A stretch of DNA of 60,382 nucleotides, the filler included. It is 5 parts of 5 records of this genome, joined end to end, with 100 filler letters (N's around TTAATTAATTAA, not from the genome) between each part and the next. Parts side by side here need not be neighbours in the genome. Positions count along the whole stretch, not along the records: positions 1 to 9,117 come from SRR31156797_12831; positions 9,218 to 19,580 come from SRR31156797_12832; 3 more parts are not named here. The stretch is one strand, 5' to 3'. Numbering within the stretch: position 1 is the stretch's first letter; each line of letters starts with the position of its first letter. The position numbers and the translations under genes are program-made. Shown piece after piece: positions 1-9,473 of this stretch. Under the pieces are notes generated by a model. That model was given only the letters and a program-made list of their open reading frames with translations. It searched no databases and was not told where the DNA came from.

Positions 1-334
1 TATGAATATTTTTAATAATGCAAAAGATGCATTTCATGATTCACCTGATCATGATAAATACTTTTTTATAGAAACATTAAAAGAGGATAATCGTATTACG
101 ATAAAATTTAAAGATAATGCAGGAGGCATCCCAAAAGAGGTATTATCAAGAATTTTTGAGCCATACTTTACTACAAAACACCAATCACAAGGAACAGGAC
201 TTGGACTAAGCATGACATATACTCTTATCACAAATGGTATGAAAGGATCAATTATAGCTAAAAATGTCAATTTTAATTATAATGAAAATTTTTATGATGG
301 AGCAGAGTTTATAATTTCATTACCTCTTAGCTGA
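1..334 (+). CDS. Sensor histidine kinase, C-terminal HATPase_c fragment (5' truncated by window edge)
   Basis: N-box NIFNNAKDA, G1 DNAGGI, F-box IFEPYFTTK, G2 GTGLGL. Confidence 0.9.
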   Translation, partial: MNIFNNAKDAFHDSPDHDKYFFIETLKEDNRITIKFKDNAGGIPKEVLSRIFEPYFTTKHQSQGTGLGLSMTYTLITNGMKGSIIAKNVNFNYNENFYDGAEFIISLPLS

Positions 335-435
335 TACTACACTATTTCAATTAATGGCTTAAACCCAATAAACTGATTATGAAATTTTAAAATCATTTAA
401 TAATTGAATGTTATGATTGAAAAAAGGAATAACTT

Positions 436-2424
436 ATGATTAAAACTCTTATTTCATTTTTTCTTATATTAGGAACTATTACAGCAAACCAACTACACAA
501 TGAAACTTCCCCATACCTTTTACAGCATAAAGACAATCCAGTCAATTGGTACCCTTGGGGAGATGAAGCATTTAAAAAGGCTCAAAAAGAGAATAAACTT
601 ATTTTCCTCTCCATCGGCTATAGTACCTGCCACTGGTGTCATGTGATGGCTCATGAGTCTTTTGAAGATAAAGAGGTAGCAAAGGTTTTAAATAAGCACT
701 TTATCTCTATTAAAATAGATAGAGAACAGCTTCCTCATATCGATGGGTTTTATCAAAAAGTCTACCGCTTTATGCATAAAAAAAGTGGTGGCTGGCCTCT
801 TACTATTGTAATGACTGCCCAAAAAGAGCCATTTTTTTCAGCAACTTATGTACCTAAATATGCGGGGTATGGTTCTCGTGGGCTTATTGAAATCTTACAA
901 GAGATTGCATCATCTAATAAGGATATTTTAAAAAAGAAAGGTCAAGAAATACTTGCAAGTATCAAACAACAAGAAAAGTTCCCTCTTTCAAATGCAAGCT
1001 ATGATAATAAAATACTCCATACCATCGTAGATCAATTTAAAAATACCTACGATGTAAAATATAAAGGGTTTGGAACACACCCAAAGTTTCCAGAGTTTGC
1101 AAACCTCATCTTCCTTTTAAAACTCTATAAAATCAATAAAGATCAAGATGCTCTTAAAATGGCGATAGATTCTCTTACAGCCATGGCAAAAGGGGGAATA
1201 TATGATCAAATAGAGGGAGCTTTTTATAGATATAGTGTAGATCAGAAATGGACAATTCCACATTTTGAAAAGATGCTTTATACCAATGCAGAAGCTTTAG
1301 AAGCTTATAGCTTAGCTTATAAGATCACAAAAGAGCCTTTATTTAAAAAAGTTATTGATCAAACAATTGAGCAGATCGATAAAAGATTCAAGCAAGATGG
1401 TGTCTATAAAAGTGCAAGTAATGCAGATAGTAAAAATGATCATAGGGAAAATGAAGAGGGGTATTATTTTATTTATGATTATATGGAGAGTTTAGAGCTT
1501 TTAGAAAAAAATGGTTTTAGTGAAAAAGTAGCTAAAACTACCCTGCACTATCTTGGAATCATCGATGATGGAAACTTTGATGGAGAAAAATCAAACCCTG
1601 AGATCAAAGGAGATACAAAACCACAAAATCTTGATAAAGTCATTGCTCTTTTAAAAAATGTTCGCGAAATTAGAGAATACCCTTTTATAGATAATAAGAT
1701 CAATACTGCTTGGAATGCTTTATATATAAAAGGCAAACTTATCGCTTCAACTATTGATAGAAGCTATTTAAAAGATACTCTTCATTCACTTGATAGTTTA
1801 ATCTCACTGATGTATGAAAAAGGGGAACTTTACCACCAAACAATAAAAGGAAAATCTCCTATACAAAAAGGGCTACTAGAAGATTATAGTTTTATGATCA
1901 GTACCCTCTTTGAAGCCTATCAAATTACTTTAGATGAAAGATATCTAACACTTTACAAACAACTTGTTAAAAAATCAATTGAGCTTTTTTATAAAGATGG
2001 AAGATGGACAGCCTCTGCTGATGGCTTTGAAACCTATGCAGATATAGAAGACTATGGATATGCCAGTGCCTTAGGGGTACATTTTATCAATCTCATTTTA
2101 TATGCTGCAATGGAGGGAGAGTATAAGATCTATGAGATGACAAGAAAATCTATGCAATACTATATAGAACATATCAATAAGTATCCATCTAATTTTCCAA
2201 ATACAACTTTGGCTTCGGTCTATTATATGATAGAGCCAGTATTTATAAAATCCTCTAAAGAGAATCTAAAAAAAATCACACCAAATGACTTTAAATACCC
2301 CTTTGTCTATAAAAAAGAGTATTTAGCAAATGAGTATCTTGCGTGTACTCTTAGTAGTTGTTTTAGCTACTCAACTGATCTAAAAAAGATCATAGAAGAT
2401 ACCAATAGTTTAAATAGTAACTAG
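436..2424 (+). CDS. YyaL/SSP411-like thioredoxin-domain protein (DUF255 + six-hairpin glycosidase-like domain) with N-terminal signal peptide
   Basis: [36 protein letters not shown] and PHFEKMLY motifs; hydrophobic N-terminus. Confidence 0.9.
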   Translation: MIKTLISFFLILGTITANQLHNETSPYLLQHKDNPVNWYPWGDEAFKKAQKENKLIFLSIGYSTCHWCHVMAHESFEDKEVAKVLNKHFISIKIDREQLPHIDGFYQKVYRFMHKKSGGWPLTIVMTAQKEPFFSATYVPKYAGYGSRGLIEILQEIASSNKDILKKKGQEILASIKQQEKFPLSNASYDNKILHTIVDQFKNTYDVKYKGFGTHPKFPEFANLIFLLKLYKINKDQDALKMAIDSLTAMAKGGIYDQIEGAFYRYSVDQKWTIPHFEKMLYTNAEALEAYSLAYKITKEPLFKKVIDQTIEQIDKRFKQDGVYKSASNADSKNDHRENEEGYYFIYDYMESLELLEKNGFSEKVAKTTLHYLGIIDDGNFDGEKSNPEIKGDTKPQNLDKVIALLKNVREIREYPFIDNKINTAWNALYIKGKLIASTIDRSYLKDTLHSLDSLISLMYEKGELYHQTIKGKSPIQKGLLEDYSFMISTLFEAYQITLDERYLTLYKQLVKKSIELFYKDGRWTASADGFETYADIEDYGYASALGVHFINLILYAAMEGEYKIYEMTRKSMQYYIEHINKYPSNFPNTTLASVYYMIEPVFIKSSKENLKKITPNDFKYPFVYKKEYLANEYLACTLSSCFSYSTDLKKIIEDTNSLNSN

Positions 2425-2436
2425 CTAAAATACTAT

Positions 2437-3042
2437 ATGAAGAATGAGTTTGAAGAAGCCTTTACTAGTCTATATCCCATTTTAAATGAGATCTCCCCAC
2501 TTCCAAATGAAATTTGGGAAGAATCAAAACAATATTTCCATCTAAAAACTCTCCCAAAAGGTGCCCATCTTTTTGATATAGGGGATAAGCTCACCGAGTT
2601 TTATTTTCTTATCGATGGTCTTGCACGATATTATTATATTAGTGAAGAGGGAAAAGAGTTTAATAAATCTTTTGCTGAGAAAAAAAGTCACCTTCTTAGT
2701 AGTATTTCTTCTGTTTCTATGGAAAATGAAACCTCTCCATTTTGTGTAGAAACCCTTAGCTCTTTTACAACTCTATATATCTCCTATAAAGATTTTATCA
2801 CTTTAGGTGAAAAATATAAAGAGTGGAATGATCTTACTCTTCGTATCTATGAAAGACTTATTGTAAAAAAAGAAAGAAGAGAAGCAGATTTTTTACTTCT
2901 TGATGCAAAATCACGATATTTGAAGTTTTTAAAAGATTATTCTATGATAGAAGGTGCCGTGCAAAACTATCATATTGCTTCATATCTAGGAATCACAGAA
3001 GTTGCTCTTTCACGAATACGAAAAGAGATGAACTTAACCTAG
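2437..3042 (+). CDS. Crp/Fnr-family transcriptional regulator
   Basis: cNMP-binding barrel (FLIDGLARYYY...GKEFNKSF) and C-terminal HTH IASYLGITEVALSRIR. Confidence 0.9.
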   Translation: MKNEFEEAFTSLYPILNEISPLPNEIWEESKQYFHLKTLPKGAHLFDIGDKLTEFYFLIDGLARYYYISEEGKEFNKSFAEKKSHLLSSISSVSMENETSPFCVETLSSFTTLYISYKDFITLGEKYKEWNDLTLRIYERLIVKKERREADFLLLDAKSRYLKFLKDYSMIEGAVQNYHIASYLGITEVALSRIRKEMNLT

Positions 3043-3075
3043 GTTAATGACAAGGGTTTAAATTCTTTGTATAAT
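3034..3075 (+). promoter_or_regulatory. Perfect palindrome TTAACCTAGGTTAA (likely Crp/Fnr operator) plus -10 TATAAT for the GNAT gene
   Basis: Palindrome 3034-3047 overlaps the regulator stop codon; TATAAT at 3070-3075 puts the palindrome centre near -41.5. Confidence 0.65.
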
Positions 3076-3100
3076 TTGATCAAAAATGTAAGGAAAAATA

Positions 3101-3667
3101 ATGCAACTAAAAATAGCTGAGCTCCAAGATGTAGAAGGAATCCTAAAACTTCACAATCTCTATCAAGTAGACTCTATAAAAGAAGAGGATAAAAAAGATG
3201 GATTTGTAACCACACCATTTACAAAAGAACAACTAGCAGATATCATTAATAAAGAGCAAGGGATATTTATAGCTTTTAATAACAATGAAGTAGTCGGATA
3301 CGTAATGTCTGCTTCTTGGCAATACTGGTCTGCTTGGCCTATTTTTGAATATATGATACAAGACTTACCAAAACTAGAATATCTAGGACAAACTTTAAGT
3401 ATGGATAACTCTTACCAATATGGTCCAGTGTGTATCAATAAAAAATATAGAGGAAGTGGACTTTTGGCACAGCTTTTTGATTTTGCACTAGAATCAATGG
3501 AAAAAAGGTACCCTGTTTTAGTAACCTTTGTTAATAAGATCAACCCAAGATCATACGCAGCCCATAGGAAAAAACTAGGACTTGAAGTGATCCAAGAGTT
3601 TGAATTTAATAAGAATACTTACTACGAGATGGTATTTGATACTTCAAAAAGGGTTTTAAGCAAATAG
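3101..3667 (+). CDS. GNAT-family acetyltransferase
   Basis: Acetyl-CoA motif A YGPVCINKKYRGSGL; NPRSYAAH. Confidence 0.85.
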   Translation: MQLKIAELQDVEGILKLHNLYQVDSIKEEDKKDGFVTTPFTKEQLADIINKEQGIFIAFNNNEVVGYVMSASWQYWSAWPIFEYMIQDLPKLEYLGQTLSMDNSYQYGPVCINKKYRGSGLLAQLFDFALESMEKRYPVLVTFVNKINPRSYAAHRKKLGLEVIQEFEFNKNTYYEMVFDTSKRVLSK

Positions 3668-4486
3668 ATGCAAAAAGAGATAAAGTTTTTTCATTCACAA
3701 AAGCTTCCATATTTGGAAAGTCGCTATTCAAAGTATAGCAGTGATTGTTATAAAGAACATACTCATGATACTCTATCAATTGGTGCAGTTGAAAATGGGG
3801 TTACAAGGTTTTCAGTGCAAACACGTGAATATGAACTCAAACCAAATGAACTAGCGGTTCTAAATCCACACACTATTCATGCTTGTAACCCTTATGAAAA
3901 AGATACAAGAGATTATCATATGATCTATTTAGATACCTCTTGGTGCAAGGAGCTTCAAAATACTCTTTTTCAAACAAATACAGAGTTTATTCCAATCAAA
4001 GATGAACTTATTCAAAATACTAGTTTATTTCAAGAGTTTTGCAGTATCAATCACTCTTTATTTGAAACCACTTATCTTCTTGAGATAGAATCGCAGCTAA
4101 TAGAATGGATTAGTAGTATCTTTATTCAATACTGTGGAGTTGAACACTATACAGAGAATTTCAGACTCACTTCTACTTTAAGTGATATTGCAAACTATTT
4201 AGAAACAAACTATGAAGAGAATATCTCTTTAGATGAACTTGCAACACAATTTGAGATGAACCCATATACTCTTCTTCGAAACTTTAAAAAACACTATGAC
4301 TTAGCTCCCCATACTTTTCAGATAAATAAAAGAGTACAAAAAGCAAAAGAGCTTTTAAAAGAGAATATACCATTAAGTGAAGTGGCACTTCTATGTGGCT
4401 TTTTTGATCAAAGTCATTTTCAAAGACACTTTAAACAACTAGTGGCCATCACACCAAAAGAGTATAGAGTCAATTTTATACAATAA
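3668..4486 (+). CDS. AraC-family transcriptional regulator (cupin + HTH)
   Basis: HTH cupin motif (EHTHD), HACNP, C-terminal GFFDQSHFQRHFK. Confidence 0.92.
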   Translation: MQKEIKFFHSQKLPYLESRYSKYSSDCYKEHTHDTLSIGAVENGVTRFSVQTREYELKPNELAVLNPHTIHACNPYEKDTRDYHMIYLDTSWCKELQNTLFQTNTEFIPIKDELIQNTSLFQEFCSINHSLFETTYLLEIESQLIEWISSIFIQYCGVEHYTENFRLTSTLSDIANYLETNYEENISLDELATQFEMNPYTLLRNFKKHYDLAPHTFQINKRVQKAKELLKENIPLSEVALLCGFFDQSHFQRHFKQLVAITPKEYRVNFIQ

Positions 4487-4510
4487 AACTTTTTAAAAAT
4501 CTTCTATACT
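4471..4510 (+). promoter_or_regulatory. Putative AraC box CAATTTTATACAATA and -10 TATACT upstream of the proline-dehydrogenase-like gene
   Basis: 13/15 identical to the box at 6236-6250, with the same distance to a -10 hexamer. Confidence 0.55.
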
Positions 4511-4531
4511 TACAAAAACCTTGGAGAAGAC

Positions 4532-5485
4532 ATGGGATCTTGGCAATCATGGATGATATCATTAGCAAGAAATAAATCTATAAAAAACTTTATGCAAAAC
4601 TGGGCACCAAGCTCAAAACTTTCACAACAATTTGTAGGTGGATCCACTCTAGAAAACACCATACAAAGGATACAACTTTTAGATGCTGACTCAATATATG
4701 CTTCACTTTTTTATCTTGGTGAGTATGTAGAAGATGAAAAGCTTATCAAGAAGACAATAGATGCTTTAGAAGATGGAATTGGAAAACTTAGTCAAAACAA
4801 TCTTGATCTACATATCTCGATAGACCCTACACAAATAGGACTTTTACAAAGTAAAGAACTGTGTAAACAAAACCTTTTAAAACTAGCAAATACTATACAA
4901 CTCCATCAAAAGAAAGATGGGATCAAAAAAGATTTTTTAATGATAGATATGGAAGACAGCTCAGTAACAGAGCAAACCATAGATTTTTATAAACTCTTAA
5001 AAAAGCATCATCTCCCCGTTGCTCTTACTCTACAAACCTATCTATATAGAACCAAACAAGATATAGAAATAATCATAAAAAATGGTGACCCAGTACGTTT
5101 AGTAAAAGGTGCTTTTGCAGAAGATCACACTATAGCATATACAAATCAAATAGAGAAAGATCATGCATATTTAGAGTGTGCTAAGCAAATACTTTCTTTA
5201 AAAGCAAAACAAAATGGAGTCTACCCTATTTTTGGTACCCACGATGATAAAATAATCGACAAGATCAATAAAGTCGCATCACAAAATGGCTGGGAAAAAG
5301 ATCAATATGAGTTTGAGATGCTTTTAGGAGTAAGAGAAAAGTATCAAAAAAAGTTAGTGGCACAAGGATATAAGCTTCGACTCTATACCCCTTTTGGAAA
5401 AGATTGGTGGGCATATGCTATAAGACGTATAGGGGAAAATCCAAAGAATTTTAAAATGCTCTTACTGTCACTTTTGAAGTTCTAA
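4532..5485 (+). CDS. Monofunctional proline dehydrogenase-family flavoprotein
   Basis: YLGE, IDMEDS, LQTYLYRT, RLVKGAF, GTHD, EFEMLLG, YAIRRIGENP motifs. Confidence 0.88.
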   Translation: MGSWQSWMISLARNKSIKNFMQNWAPSSKLSQQFVGGSTLENTIQRIQLLDADSIYASLFYLGEYVEDEKLIKKTIDALEDGIGKLSQNNLDLHISIDPTQIGLLQSKELCKQNLLKLANTIQLHQKKDGIKKDFLMIDMEDSSVTEQTIDFYKLLKKHHLPVALTLQTYLYRTKQDIEIIIKNGDPVRLVKGAFAEDHTIAYTNQIEKDHAYLECAKQILSLKAKQNGVYPIFGTHDDKIIDKINKVASQNGWEKDQYEFEMLLGVREKYQKKLVAQGYKLRLYTPFGKDWWAYAIRRIGENPKNFKMLLLSLLKF

Positions 5486-6238
5486 AAATCTATTAGGAGT
5501 CATTGCATAGATACTTTTAAAGGATTTACAAAAGTGGCTTTGATCATAAAAGCCACACTCCTGCGAGACTTGAGAGATATTTTGAAACTCGTGTGAGCTT
5601 AGAAGTTTTTTACTACGGTTAAGTTTTTGATTGATAATATATGCATAAGGTGTAAGTCCGAACTCTTTTTTAAAAAGACGGATAATATGCTCTTTACTAT
5701 AGGAAAACTCTTTGACAATATCTTCTAAAGAGAGATCAAGGTCAATATTTTTATCTATAAAATTTTGAATAGTGTTTATAAGTGTATTCTCTTTTAATTC
5801 TATTGTATCATTAGCCCATAGAGAAAGGTTTTGAAAAAATTTATAAAGCTTTTGCTCCATACCATTTTTCTTCTCTAAAAAACTTTGGCATAGCTCTATA
5901 AAACTATTATAGAGTTCTTGATCTTGTAATATATTTTCAAACAATCCGTCATTTATCAAACTATTTTCAAAATAAAATACATAATACCCTTTGGTATCAC
6001 CTCTTAGATCTGAAGACTTATGTACCTCATCTTTATGAAGTATCAAAAGCTGATTTGGCTGTAAGGTCTCTTTTTTATCACTAAACTCAATCTCTATCAT
6101 CCCAGAAGCTATAGCACAGATACTAAACTGATCATGGGAGTGTTTTTTATAGTTTGAATAAAACTCATTGGAGTATTTTAATTGTCCTATTTTGGAATCT
6201 TGAAAGATTTTATTTTTAATCTTATACCCTTTTATCAA
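5468..6238 (-). CDS. AraC-family transcriptional regulator
   Basis: KHSHD cupin motif, GFYDQSHFCKSFK HTH; TTG start. Confidence 0.9.
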   Translation of the reverse strand: MIKGYKIKNKIFQDSKIGQLKYSNEFYSNYKKHSHDQFSICAIASGMIEIEFSDKKETLQPNQLLILHKDEVHKSSDLRGDTKGYYVFYFENSLINDGLFENILQDQELYNSFIELCQSFLEKKNGMEQKLYKFFQNLSLWANDTIELKENTLINTIQNFIDKNIDLDLSLEDIVKEFSYSKEHIIRLFKKEFGLTPYAYIINQKLNRSKKLLSSHEFQNISQVSQECGFYDQSHFCKSFKSIYAMTPNRFLELQK

Positions 6239-6275
6239 TTTTTTACAAGATATATTTTTTCTATTGTGTTATTAT
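6236..6275 (+). promoter_or_regulatory. Putative AraC box CAATTTTTTACAAGA and extended -10 (TGnTATTAT) for the TSUP gene
   Basis: Repeat of the 4471 motif; overlaps the start of the divergent AraC gene. Confidence 0.55.
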
Positions 6276-6300
6276 ACAGAAATTTTTTAATGGAATTATT

Positions 6301-7050
6301 ATGGAAATATCACTTGAAATACTTATTGCTCTTTTTTTAGTTGCTTTTACAGCAGGGACTATTGATACCATCGCTGGAGGTGGTGGACTTCTTACTATCC
6401 CAGCATTACTTTGGGCAGGACTCCCTCCAGCAGCTGCCCTTGCTACTAATAAACTCCAATCAGTTTTTGGAACCTTTACCGCATCATACTATTTTGTAAA
6501 AAAAGGGATGGTTGATCTAAAGCAAATGAAACTGATGATCTTTTTTGCTTTTTTTGGCTCAATTCTTGGAAGTTTTAGTGTGGTTCAGATCAACCCTGCA
6601 CTTTTAGAAAATATTATCCCTATACTCCTGATGATCATTGGTATCTATTTTTTATTTTCAAAAAATGCTGGAGCGGTAGAGAAACACAAACTTATCTCTT
6701 CAACCGCTTTTGCTTTTAGTTTTGTTCTCGTTATTGGATTTTATGATGGTTTTTTTGGACCTGGAACTGGATCCTTTTTCACTATTGCCTTTATCTATTT
6801 CTTAGGATATACCATCTCCCATGCCACAGCACAAACCAAAATATTAAACTTTATGACCAATTTTGGCTCACTCATCTTTTTTACTTTTTATGGAGAGCTT
6901 TTTATTATAATAGGTTTAGTTATGGGAGCTGGTCAAATACTAGGAGCTCTCCTTGGAGCAAAACTTGTAATGATACAAGGGCAAAAGATCATCCGACCAC
7001 TAATTGTGATCATTAGTTTTGGGATGTCTATAAAACTACTTTTAAGCTAA
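6301..7050 (+). CDS. TSUP (TauE/SafE, YfcA-like) transporter
   Basis: DTIAGGGGLLTIP, ALATNKLQ, GFYDGFFGPGTGSF. Confidence 0.92.
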   Translation: MEISLEILIALFLVAFTAGTIDTIAGGGGLLTIPALLWAGLPPAAALATNKLQSVFGTFTASYYFVKKGMVDLKQMKLMIFFAFFGSILGSFSVVQINPALLENIIPILLMIIGIYFLFSKNAGAVEKHKLISSTAFAFSFVLVIGFYDGFFGPGTGSFFTIAFIYFLGYTISHATAQTKILNFMTNFGSLIFFTFYGELFIIIGLVMGAGQILGALLGAKLVMIQGQKIIRPLIVIISFGMSIKLLLS

Positions 7051-7081
7051 TTTCATACTATTTATATGATACTATCACCTC

Positions 7082-7966
7082 ATGAGATTTGAGCAGCATC
7101 TACAAAAATATATCTACTTTTATTTGATCCTCTCCATGATCTTTTGGGGAGCATCATGGCCAACTTCTAAAATACTCACTACTTACACAGATATCTATAC
7201 TATTAGCTTTTTAAAATTCTTTTTAAGTGGACTTACTCTTATCCCTTTACTTTTTTATATATTTAAACCAAAAATAATGTGGGTATATAGTATGACAAAA
7301 CTGATATTTGGAGCTATAGTATTTAATATTCTTTATAATTTTTTGATGTTTTATGGACTTCAAATAGGATATGCTGGATTAGGAGGTGTGATCGTCACTA
7401 GTTCAAACCCAATCTTTACCTTTATTATAATTGCATTTTTAGAAAAAGTTTCTATCCCAATGAAACAAAAGCTTGCCTTACTTTTAGGACTACTTGGAAC
7501 AATTATCACCGTTAAACTTTTCTCCATTGATTTTATCAATATCTTCAATGGTGGAAATCTTTTATTTTTATTAGCATCCCTTTGCTGGTCAATTGTAACA
7601 ATATTTAGTACAAAAGCAAAACAACTGATCCATCCTATTTTATTTACCTGTTATTTGTATCTCAGCTCTTCACTGTTTAGCTTATCATTCACATCATTTG
7701 ATTCTATTTTAATGATCTTTCACTATGATCTATTCTTTTGGATCAACCTTATTTTTACTACAGTTATGACTACTGGATTAGCTACAACCTTTTATTTCTA
7801 TGCCTCCTCAATTCTAGGAGCACACTATACTGCTTCTTTTATCTTTATCACTCCACTTTTTGCTGTACTCACTTCATCTATTTTTTTAGATGAAATCCCT
7901 AGTTTCTCAACACTATTTGGTGGAATTCTTCTTATAACAGCTATCTATCTTTTGAATAAAAAATGA
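7082..7966 (+). CDS. DMT/EamA-family transporter
   Basis: About 10 TM segments, IFWGASW, duplicated EamA architecture. Confidence 0.88.
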   Translation: MRFEQHLQKYIYFYLILSMIFWGASWPTSKILTTYTDIYTISFLKFFLSGLTLIPLLFYIFKPKIMWVYSMTKLIFGAIVFNILYNFLMFYGLQIGYAGLGGVIVTSSNPIFTFIIIAFLEKVSIPMKQKLALLLGLLGTIITVKLFSIDFINIFNGGNLLFLLASLCWSIVTIFSTKAKQLIHPILFTCYLYLSSSLFSLSFTSFDSILMIFHYDLFFWINLIFTTVMTTGLATTFYFYASSILGAHYTASFIFITPLFAVLTSSIFLDEIPSFSTLFGGILLITAIYLLNKK

Positions 7967-7977
7967 TATAATACTTT

Positions 7978-8394
7978 ATGCAAATTATTCAAGAAACAAT
8001 CAAATTAAGTCATAAACCAAGAGGATTCCATCTAATCACTGATGAGATTCTAAAGAGTATTGATCTCTCTAATATAAAAGTAGGAATGCTTAATATCTTT
8101 TTACAACACACTAGTGCAAGTCTATGTATCAATGAAAACTGCGAAAGGGAAGTAAGAACTGACCTTGAAAAACTCTCAACTGAGCTTATGGATGATAAAG
8201 CATATTATGAACACACTTATGAAGGTGATGATGATATGCCAGCTCATGCAAAAGCTGCATTTTTTGGAGTAAGCCTTAATATCCCTATTACCAATGGAAA
8301 GCTTGCACTTGGTACTTGGCAAGGGATATATTTAGGTGAACATAGAAAGTTTGGTGGAAGTCGTCGTATTATTCTCACAATACAAGGAGTCTAA
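7978..8394 (+). CDS. yjbQ: YjbQ/UPF0047 family protein
   Basis: HTSASLCINEN, DDMPAH, LGTWQGIYLGEH. Confidence 0.9.
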   Translation: MQIIQETIKLSHKPRGFHLITDEILKSIDLSNIKVGMLNIFLQHTSASLCINENCEREVRTDLEKLSTELMDDKAYYEHTYEGDDDMPAHAKAAFFGVSLNIPITNGKLALGTWQGIYLGEHRKFGGSRRIILTIQGV

Positions 8395-8399
8395 CTTTT

Positions 8400-8567
8400 A
8401 TGGAAAGATTTATAGCATTTTTATATAATGTTTTAACCATACCTGTTTTTATTTGTGTTATGGGATATTCTGCTTATAAAGATAATATTGCCATGTTGAT
8501 CGGTATCTTTATTATCGCTTTTATTTTATTTATTTTTGAGATTATTGGGTTTATTTCCAAAGATTAA
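8400..8567 (+). CDS. Small 55-aa two-TM membrane protein (below the ORF-track cutoff)
   Basis: ATG 5 nt after the yjbQ stop; MERFIAFLYNVLTIPVFICVMGYSAYKDNIAMLIGIFIIAFILFIFEIIGFISKD. Confidence 0.55.
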   Translation: MERFIAFLYNVLTIPVFICVMGYSAYKDNIAMLIGIFIIAFILFIFEIIGFISKD

Positions 8568-8584
8568 AAAGAGAAAGTTCTCTT

Positions 8585-9004
8585 TTAATCTATAGATTTA
8601 ATAGTAATAGAAAAGTCTAGATCTTTTCCTGCAAGTGGATGGTTAAGATCGATCACTACACTATCATCTAAGATCTGATCTACGATCACTTGTACTGCTT
8701 GTCCATTTTCACCTTGACCTTGTAAAGGCATTCCCACTTGAAGATCTATCCCTGCAAATTGTTCTTTTGGTAAAGTTTGTTTTGCTTCTTCATTATACTC
8801 ACCATATCCCTCTGCTGGTGGTACTATAATATTTACAGACTCACCTGCGTTCATCTCTTGGATTCTTGTTTCAACTCCAGGGATAATCTGCCCTGTTCCA
8901 AATACAAACTCTAAAGGCTCCCCTTGCATATTGCTATCTACAACATTTCCTTCGATTTTTAGTTCATACATCATTGCTACTTTTTGATTGTTTTGTATAG
9001 CCAT
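8585..9004 (-). CDS. FKBP-type peptidyl-prolyl isomerase, SlyD/SlpA-like, no His-rich tail
   Basis: GQIIPGVE, PAEGYGE, DLNHPLAGKDL. Confidence 0.92.
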   Translation of the reverse strand: MAIQNNQKVAMMYELKIEGNVVDSNMQGEPLEFVFGTGQIIPGVETRIQEMNAGESVNIIVPPAEGYGEYNEEAKQTLPKEQFAGIDLQVGMPLQGQGENGQAVQVIVDQILDDSVVIDLNHPLAGKDLDFSITIKSID

Positions 9005-9117
9005 ATTTTTACCTTTTTTTTGAATTTGATTTCATGGTATCTAAATAAGTTTATATTGAACTAAAAGATATGCTTTGGAAGATCATATCTAGTCTAATCT
9101 ATTAAAAACTCTTAATT

Positions 9118-9217
9118 NNNNNNNNNNNNNNNNNNNNNNNNNNNNNNNNNNNNNNNNNNNNTTAATTAATTAANNNNNNNNNNNNNNNNNNNNNNNNNNN
9201 NNNNNNNNNNNNNNNNN
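9118..9217. other. Artificial contig spacer
   Basis: 44 N + TTAATTAATTAA (stops in all frames) + 44 N. Confidence 0.98.
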
Positions 9218-9355
9218 TTCCAAACTTCTTTTAAATGTTTGTTGAAAAAGTGAATCCTCAAAACCTCTTAATTTTAAAAATTGTTTTGGATATCTTCCTC
9301 TACTTAGTGGCCAAAGTCTTGTTCCTGAGCCACCTGCTAATATAAGTACTTTCAC
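9218..9355 (-). CDS. manC: Mannose-1-phosphate guanylyltransferase, N-terminal fragment (cut by contig end)
   Basis: [19 protein letters not shown]; likely GTG start at 9355 behind GGAG. Confidence 0.85.
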
Positions 9356-9473
9356 TCTTCTCACTCCCTTCATAAATAAAGATCTTTTTCATACTATATT
9401 CTATCAAATTTCTTTGACTTATTCCACAAAATAAGAAACAGTCATTATTTAGACTGCTTCTTTATAGTTTTAA

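Noticed and set aside
1-334. Kinase C-terminus at window start could be the continuation of the kinase N-terminus at window end
   Set aside because: Different contigs with no overlap; such kinases are highly paralogous in Campylobacterota.
8585-9004. SlyD-like protein lacking the His-rich tail
   Set aside because: Tail-less SlyD/SlpA proteins are common; ordinary variation.
9162-9173. TTAATTAATTAA palindrome recurring four times
   Set aside because: Synthetic all-frame stop linker inside N runs, not biological.
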